From positions 1 through 39,511 of the forward strand of contig JAUCBJ010001908.1 of the NCBI GenBank assembly GCA_032718475.1: a stretch of 39,511 bases of DNA, written 5' to 3'. Of this stretch, positions 26,901-34,720 are shown piece by piece. Both the position numbers and the translations under genes were made by a program. Under the pieces are notes generated by a model, which had not been told where the DNA came from, ran no database searches, and saw only the letters and a list, made by a program, of their open reading frames with translations. The DNA is from Nemertoderma westbladi. Taxonomy: Eukaryota; Animalia; Xenacoelomorpha. Positions within the stretch are counted from its first letter, which is position 1. Each line of letters opens with the position of its first letter.

Positions 26901-28470
26901 GTGTATATTTTCTGGCTAACTAATATTGTGCTACCAACTGAACTACAGCGTAATCAAATTATATAACAAGGTGTAACCAATATTGGTGAGTGTGTATATT
27001 TTCTGGCTAACTAATATTGTGCTACCAACTGAACTACAGCGTAATCAAATTATATAACAAGGTGTAACCAATATTGGTGAGTGTGTATATTTTCTGGCTA
27101 ACTAATATTGTGCTACCAACTGAACTACAGCGTAATCAAATTATATAACAAGGTGTAACCAATATTGGTGAGTGTGTATATTATGTGGCTAACTAATATT
27201 GTGCTAACAACTGAATTACAGTGTAATCAAATTATATAACAAGGTGTAACCAATATTGGTGAGTGTGTATATTATCGGGCTAACTAATATTGTGCTAACA
27301 ACTGAACTACAGCGTAATCAAATTATATAACAAGGTGTAACCAATATTGGTGAGTGTGTATATTATGTGGCTAACTAATATTGTGCTAACAACTGAATTA
27401 CAGTGTAATCAAATTATATAACAAGGTGTAACCAATATTGGTGAGTGTGTATAGTATGTGGCTAACTAATATTCTGCTAACTGAACTATAGTTTAATCAA
27501 TTATGTGATATAACAAGGTGTAACCAATATTTGCGAGTGTCTATATTTTCTGGCTAACTAATATTGTGCTACCAACTGAACTACAGCGTAATCAAATTAT
27601 ATAACAAGGTGTAACCAATATTGGTGAGTGTTTATATTATGTGGCTAACTAATATTGTGCTAACAACTGAATTACAGTGTAATCAAATTATATAACAAGG
27701 TGTAACCAATATTGGAGAGTGTGTATATTATGTGGCTAACTAATATTGTGCTAACAACTGAACTACAGTGTAATCAAATTATATAACAAGGTGTAACCAA
27801 TATTGGTGAGTGTTTATATTATGTGGCTAACTAATATTGTGCTAACAACTGAACTACAGTGTAATCAAATTATATAACAAGGTGTAACCAATATTGGTGA
27901 GTGTTTATATTATGTGGCTAACTAATATTGTGCTAACAACTGAATTACAGTGTAATCAAATTATATAACAAGGTGTAACCAATATTGGAGAGTGTGTATA
28001 TTATGTGGCTAACTAATATTGTGCTAACAACTGAACTACAGTGTAATCAAATTATATAACAAGGTGTAACCAATATTGGTGAGTGTTTATATTATGTGGC
28101 TAACTAATATTGTGCTAACAACTGAACTACAGTGTAATCAAATTATATAACAAGGTGTAACCAATATTGGTGAGTGTGTATATTATGTGGCTAACTAATA
28201 TTGTGCTAACAACTGAACTACAGTGTAATCAAATTATATAACAAGGTGTAACCAATATTGGTGAGTGTGTATAGTATGTGGCTAACTAATATTGTGCTAA
28301 CAACTGAACTACAGCGCAATCAATTATATAACAAGGTGTAACCAATATTGGTGAGTGTGTATATTTTCTGGCTAACTAATATTGTGCTAACTGAACTATA
28401 GTTTAATCAATTATGTGATATAACAAGGTGTAACCAATATTTGCGAGTGTGTATATTATCGGGCTAACTA
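17909..28470. repeat. 91-bp satellite array, right block (~116 units)
   Basis: Same unit resumes in phase after the TSD. Confidence 0.98.
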
Positions 28471-28587
28471 CATTTGTGTCTGTTAGTGCAGCGCAGTGCA
28501 GCATCCCACTTTCTTTCATTAATTCTACAAACAGAATAACTGATAATTCTCATACCTACGAGGATAGGAATGTTGCATTAATTTTGC

Positions 28588-28650
28588 TATATTGCGATGT
28601 GCAATATTGCGATGTGCAATATTGCTTAATTAATATTGCATAATATATTG
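28588..28650. repeat. Short 15-bp tandem repeat (tattgcgatgtgcaa) with degenerate atattgc copies
   Basis: tattgcgatgtgcaa x2 followed by repeated atattgc. Confidence 0.6.
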
Positions 28651-29776
28651 CACCACATTTAGTTGTCATACAGGCTTTCATTATACTACTATTGGTCGTT
28701 GTTAGCACACTAGTTGTATTCTAGAAATTATAGTCTTTCAATCAAGCCAATATATTGCTTTTATACAGACTTCATTAATGAATGTACAGAAGCCGCAATT
28801 TAAACATTAGTTATTACCCTGTTAGGGGAATTGATGTGTGGTGTGCAATACTAGCGGTCATTTATTGAACTGGTTGTGTTAGCACAATTAAATCGGTGTT
28901 AGTACTGACTGTCGCGCGAAAAACGTAAATGTGTTGGTATTAGGATAATATACGATTTACAGAAGTAGGTGTATGTATTGGTGTAGGGGGGTGTGTGTTG
29001 GTGTGTCGGAAGCCATAATTGTCGGAAGCCAAGATATAACTAGCCATAGTATAATTATAATTGTTCGCTAAGATGGCTTGCAGCTTTTGCTGCACGAAGG
29101 CCGTAACTTGTGTTACTCACTACTTACTATATTACTGAATAAAAAAATCGATTTGTTGCTATCTTTGCTTGAATTTTTGGTTTAAATACTGAATGCAAAA
29201 AAACAATTTGCATAAAACAAGATTTCGTTGCAAAAATTACGTAAATAATATTTTTTCAATCCAATAAAACACTATTGTTGTTTGCCACGGTTCTGGGCCA
29301 GTAAATTCTCAAAATGATGGCAATTTTGGAATAGAAATCCAAAATATCTGATGACTAATAATCTCTGATCCGGTACCACAATATAAAATATAATGTCCAT
29401 TATTGATCTGCAATAATACTTAAGTCAAGAAGCCGCCACTTCATTGATTTCGCATACCGGGGGATTCTCTGCAAGAATGCGCGCGCTAATATAATTTTTT
29501 TTTGTTTACCCCTTCGGATTCAACTATTATCATTGATTAGTGCGCCATATGGCGTTTTGGCTATGCAGTCGCGAAGGTTTCAAGCGCCTGAGGGCCAATT
29601 TGAAATTTTCACCCCCCCCCCCCCCCCCCCATAAAAAATTCAACAATTATTTAAAAAAAGTATTATTATAAATCATATATATTGTACAGGATAACACAAT
29701 ATTAAAGTAACGAACAAACAATTAAAAGCAATTAAAAATCGCACCGCCAAGGAATAGCAAGAATGCCACCACCAAA

Positions 29777-30146
29777 TCAATAATTATCTGGTAAGTCAGA
29801 CCCACGCAGACCAGCTCCGTCCCCGAACCCGAGACACCTCCAGGACCGCCGACCCCCACGCAAACTCAGGGAGTTGGCGCGGAGGAGCGCGAACTGAAGC
29901 CGCCTCCGAACTCCCCCAAGAACGCAAGCAAGGCCACGTTCCCGCATCCCCTGCCGCCGGGCAACGAGGGTCTCAGCGAGGTGGCGGATCAGGATCTCTG
30001 CCTCCTTGCACCACACCCCGTCGGTGGTACCTACTAGGGGGGTGAAGGAGATCCTCCTGTCCTCGCACACCGCGCTATAATGGACCTTCTTGGCGCGAAC
30101 CCGTTGTTCTAGAATGGAGTCTACGGACCGGTTGGAATAAGAGCGG
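29777..30146 (-). pseudogene. C-terminal restriction-like endonuclease fragment of a CRE-type non-LTR retrotransposon (5'-truncated)
   Basis: GC-rich island; SYSNRSVDSILEQ..KKVHY..CEDRRISFTPLVGTTDG..EA..LA..VRRRLQFALLRANSLSLRGGR resembles the CRE-clade C-terminus; AT-rich 3' region to ~29660. Confidence 0.7.
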
Positions 30147-30178
30147 TTAAAAAAATAATTAAATTTGGTTCTAAAATA

Positions 30179-30920
30179 CAGTACAGACCACCAGAAAACG
30201 CAGATTTGTACAATTGTGAACACATTTTATCAAATGTGTACCAGTGTAATGTAATGTTGTTGAACGGGACAATTGAACATAATTGAACATAATTGAATTG
30301 GCAACAACCAAAATTTTTTCGCCAAAGGATACAATTGAATACTTTTGAAACGCTTAGTAATCTGGAAACTCTCTGTAGTTTGCCGCGAACTGTCACTCAC
30401 TGCAGCTGGAAATGCGATAAGGATTTTGTTTACCTTTATAGTGTGCGGTTAATAGTGTCTAGTAGGCAGGCCTATAGTTAGTGATGTTAAGGCATCTTCT
30501 GGTGTTTCTCTGTGCCCTCTCGGTGTCAGACTAATGGCGCGACATCTCCCTGCACTAAATTAATTATTCAATGGTCTAGGCTCCTCCATCCATATACCCA
30601 TCCACTCCATGAACATTAACAGTGTGCGGTTAGTAGTGTCTATATACACTCCATGAACCTCCATGTGGTCTTGTATGTAGTTCTCTCTCTACCAATACAG
30701 CCCATGTCCACAATGTTACGCCCTGGGGGCTCTCTCATCTACCTGATATCAGACATACAGGCGCACCGCACACTAAGCCTTTGTCGGTCCCAGCAAGTTA
30801 GCCTCCTGCTGTGTGATCTAGAAGATATATCGCCATAACCTGCCAATCAGATGACTTGAACAAATGTGTTCACATGTGATCACATTGGATGAAATCTGCT
30901 TTTTCTGGTGGCCTGTACTG
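30179..30920. mobile_element. Tc1/mariner-type MITE
   Basis: TA|CAGTACAGACCACCAGAAAA ... TTTTCTGGTGGCCTGTACTG|TA; imperfect TIRs of ~55-65 bp; TA TSD. Confidence 0.8.
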
Positions 30921-31126
30921 TAATATAATAATTAGGTTATATACATAACATACACTGTACAATAAGAAACATAACACAGTAACTTAACTACTATGTAAAG
31001 GAACTATGTAAACCAATGAGATAAAAAGTACAACGCGTTTATTAAATCCTCCAAATTCGCGGGAAATTCAATCTCAGATACAGTACGTACGAGAGAAAGG
31101 GATTGAAAAATACAAGATAAGTTAAT

Positions 31127-31363
31127 ATGGTCCACAGAGACAGGGGGGAAACTGGACGCAAATCCCATCTTGGCGAATCAATATTCTACAGGCTACAGTG
31201 GCACGTTTTTTAAACAAAACAATAAACTAAACACAATAGAACAGGTTACGGTTTTATTTTTGAGAGTAATCAACTGTTATTTGCGTACAATTTCCCCTGG
31301 AGAGGGATGAATTTGTATTGCGTCAAGCCCCAACCCCCCCCCCCCCCCCCCCCCCTGGGTCCA
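31127..31363 (+). mobile_element. MITE-like dispersed repeat, most complete copy
   Basis: Homologous to 1275-1500 and 5575-5650; G-run/gacgcaa at left end mirrored by ttgcgtc/C-run at right end. Confidence 0.6.
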
Positions 31364-32270
31364 TAAGGCACACCCTGCAGCTCCGCGCCCCCTCCCCTGC
31401 ACTAGAAGGATCCTGGCTAGTGGCTGGCTATTACTGTACTATGGGAACATATTTGAGGAAGTTTTTAGTTAGCATATCTGCGGCTACCGCGGCTTACTGT
31501 ATATTGGATTCCCCCTAAATTGGGTTTTATTTAGGAGCCCTGTGTTGGAAATACACCACTTCCGGGGAAAAAATTCCTTCGTGAAAAAATTACTTATACA
31601 GTAGGCCTACTTCCTGATTAAAAATTGTGCTCCAATTTTTACATACAAAATTCGGACGGCTGATAACAAAATTTGTCCACAATCTTCCTCTGTGTTTTTT
31701 CGCCCCCTTCGCAGCTGCGCCCGGGGGCATGGCCCCCCTCAGCCCCCCTCGCTACTCCACTGACTATGAAAGATTTAATATAATTATATTATTAGTACTG
31801 TACAGCTGCTATTATAATTATATGATGTTAGACAACCACGACTGCTATTATGGCTGATCAGACTGTCAGATAGTTACGATTATTTTTTATTCGCCACTAA
31901 TAGAATGCCGCCCCAAATTAGATGATTTAACACCAAAATAAATTATTTTTAGTTCGTTTCTTTTTTTAAATTAATTTGTGGTTCCATAGAACTATTATAC
32001 TGTGTATAAAAATATTTTTGTTCTTCGAATTCAATTTACTTTGTGATTATGGTGCCAGTACAGTATAACTTATATTGCTTTATTGCTATATTTTATTTCT
32101 TTATTGTGTTCTTGAAATGTTCTGAAATTTTATTAATAAAAGAGAATGAATGAATGAATGGCGCGCTAATATAAATTTTTTTTGTTTACCCCTTCGGAAC
32201 CAACTATTATCATTGATTAGTGCGCCATATGGCGGCGTCTTGGGTATGAAAGATTTAATATAATTATACT

Positions 32271-33283
32271 AGAGACGGGCCTAGCGGCCCGTGAAGCAAG
32301 TCGTAGGAGTCAGTAGAGACGGGCCTAGCGGCCCGTGAAGCAAGTCGTAGGAGTCAGTAGAGACGGGCCTAGCGGCCCGTGAAGCAAGTCGTAGGAGACA
32401 GTAGAGACGGGCCTAGCGGCCCGTGAAGCAAGTCGTAGGAGTCAGTAGAGACGGGCCTAGCGGCCCGTGAAGCAAGTCGTAGGAGTCAGTAGAGACGGGC
32501 CTAGCGGCCCGTGAAGCAAGTCGTAGGAGTCAGTAGAGACGGGCCTAGCGGCCCGTGAAGCAAGTCGTAGGAGTCAGTAGAGACGGGCCTAGCGGCCCGT
32601 GAAGCAAGTCGTAGGAGTCAGTAGAGACGGGCCTAGCGGCCCGTGAAGCAAGTCGTAGGAGTCAGTAGAGACGGGCCTAGCGGCCCGTGAAGCAAGTCGT
32701 AGGAGTCAGTAGAGACGGGCCTAGCGGCCCGTGAAGCAAGTCGTAGGAGACAGTAGAGACGGGCCTAGCGGCCCGTGAAGCAAGTCGTAGGAGTCAGTAG
32801 AGACGGGCCTAGCGGCCCGTGAAGCAAGTCGTAGGAGTCAGTAGAGACGGGCCTAGCGGCCCGTGAAGCAAGTCGTAGGAGTCAGTAGAGACGGGCCTAG
32901 CGGCCCGTGAAGCAAGTCGTAGGAGTCAGTAGAGACGGGCCTAGCGGCCCGTGAAGCAAGTCGTAGGAGTCAGTAGAGACGGGCCTAGCGGCCCGTGAAG
33001 CAAGTCGTAGGAGTCAGTAGAGACGGGCCTAGCGGCCCGTGAAGCAAGTCGTAGGAGACAGTAGAGACGGGCCTAGCGGCCCGTGAAGCAAGTCGTAGGA
33101 GTCAGTAGAGACGGGCCTAGCGGCCCGTGAAGCAAGTCGTAGGAGACAGTAGAGACGGGCCTAGCGGCCCGTGAAGCAAGTCGTAGGAGTCAGTAGAGAC
33201 GGGCCTAGCGGCCCGTGAAGCAAGTCGTAGGAGACACTAGAGACGGGCCTAGCGGCCCGTGAAGCAAGTCGTAGGAGTCAGTA
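32271..33283. repeat. 44-bp tandem repeat, 23 copies
   Basis: Unit agagacgggcctagcggcccgtgaagcaagtcgtaggagtcagt; hairpin acgggcc-tagc-ggcccgt. Confidence 0.97.
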
Positions 33284-33746
33284 CGAGTCAAGTAAACGCT
33301 TTTTGTTCTGTCTGATAATAAATTAGTGTGAGGGTAGTCCCGGTGGTGTGCGATAAATTTTCTAGACAACTTCAAACTATAATTATTATGTTGTAATCAT
33401 CTAATGAATTATAAAAGCTGTTGTGATTATAGAAGATAGAGAGCAGTTAGCGAAATTATTATTTTGTTTTATCGGATAGAGTAGTCGGAGTCTCAGAGAG
33501 GAGTCGAGGTGTCAATTGATTAATAATAATAACAGCAGTTGTCATGAATTCAATACAATCGCGCACAAGAAGTGATAAGACAAATTCGTTCTTATTTTTG
33601 TAATAAATAAAACAAGTTGAGATGTTTCAATGTAAACCGCGATTAACAGTTTACTTTGTTCAATGTAAACCACGATATTAATTAAATACAACAATTATAA
33701 TATTATTATAACAGATTTTTATATTTCAAACTATAATGTTATCCAA

Positions 33747-34031
33747 GGTTCCACCTTGGTGTAGTGGTTGCATTGAATTCAGATCTCCTGTAGGTCGTGG
33801 GTTCGATCCTCACATGGGCCAGGGCAGTTTTCGTTTCGGCACGAATGCTTTAAAGGGACCAACCAGGGCGCATATCTGCCTTGCATCCTTAAATGGTAGC
33901 TAAATGAGTACTTAGAGTTTCCTCTGGGGAGTATCGTTCTGGGGGGACCGCACTGGGAAAAAGTCGTCAGACTTTGCGCGTAATCCCTGGCCTAGCGGCC
34001 GAAGAAAAAAAAAAGGCCTTTTTTTACTTTA
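33747..34031 (+). mobile_element. tRNA-derived SINE with a Deu/Nin-like core
   Basis: A box TGGTGTAGTGG 33757-33767, B box GGTTCGATCC 33800-33809, core ctgccttgcatcctt..gctaaatgagtac 33876-33911, A/T-rich tail; second copy at 1502-1668. Confidence 0.75.
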
Positions 34032-34720
34032 TGGAGAATCATTATGTGGCTGAGTAAACATTCAGCCTTATAAGCATACACCCTCCACAGTATTAACGTT
34101 GGCACAAAGATTTTAAAATAAAACAATAATTAGATGAGCGCCCAGTACAATCAATAGTAGCCAACACACTGTGTAACGAACAGACATTTAGCTTGCACGC
34201 CAATTAATTAACATAGCAAGGATGCATTGGGAAGAGTTATTCAGCTGAGACTGTAATAGCCAGCTAAACCAGTTAATGTTTTGTTTGATTAATGTCTGGG
34301 TTGTAGAGTAGAGTGATAATACTTGGCACAGAAAGTACTTGTCAGTTGCCCTTCCTATTGAATGCATTTTACCAGGCCATCTCTATACATTTTTCATGAG
34401 TGCCTGCTGGTGTTTTTATCATTGCGCCTATGACAATTTTCGTTGAGGTGTTTCAATTTAAACCGCGATTTCACAAGTACCCATACAGCCAAAGAAATCT
34501 ATATTCATGGTCCATGCAAAATTTCATCAAAATCGTTAGAGCCGTTTTTGCTCTAAGTCAGTAGTCAGTTGTCAGTAGTCAGTCTGTCAGTAGCCAGTAG
34601 CTTTTTTTCTTACAGTAATCAAGTCTTTAGACTTGCTAATTATTGGTTCAGCTGCTATTATGGCTGATCAGACTGTCAGATATTAAGATTATTTTTTGTT
34701 TGTCTCCGTTTCCTCTTCCA

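Larger units (their letters stand above)
29566..31762. mobile_element. Old CAGT..ACTG non-autonomous DNA transposon carrying nested insertions
   Basis: Left end cagtcgcgaagg, right end cccccctcgctactccactg; flanks gctatg/actatg; paralogous empty site at 32234-32256. Confidence 0.6.
32269..34639 (-). mobile_element. Non-autonomous Helentron-type (HINE/DINE-1-like) rolling-circle element
   Basis: Minus strand: 5' tt-AGCAAGTC-taaa-GACTTG palindrome, (ctga/cta) microsatellite at 34555-34600, aacggctctaacgattttgatgaaattt core; 3' GACTTGCT + 7-bp hairpin + CTAG|T. Empty site at 31765-31815; no TSD. Confidence 0.8.

Noticed and set aside
6180-28470. CRISPR array interpretation of the 91-bp, 44-bp or 35-bp repeats
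   Set aside because: No unique spacers, no cas genes, eukaryotic context
29004-29080. Promoter-like cluster (two tcggaagcc, aagatggc)
   Set aside because: Short imperfect motifs with no downstream gene visible
32090-32160. L2/CR1-like 3' tail (aataaa..(gaat)n)
   Set aside because: Plausible, but no LINE coding remnant or second copy supports it
33700-33716. Helitron 5' TC end (minus strand A|TCTGTTATAATA)
   Set aside because: The empty-site comparison and the sub-TIR place the end at 34639
33747-33830. tRNA gene
   Set aside because: A and B boxes are present, but there is no convincing cloverleaf and it continues into a SINE body
34643-34720. N-terminal extension or signal peptide of IPPK
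   Set aside because: Non-ATG start, and the sequence is duplicated as non-coding DNA at 31790-31897
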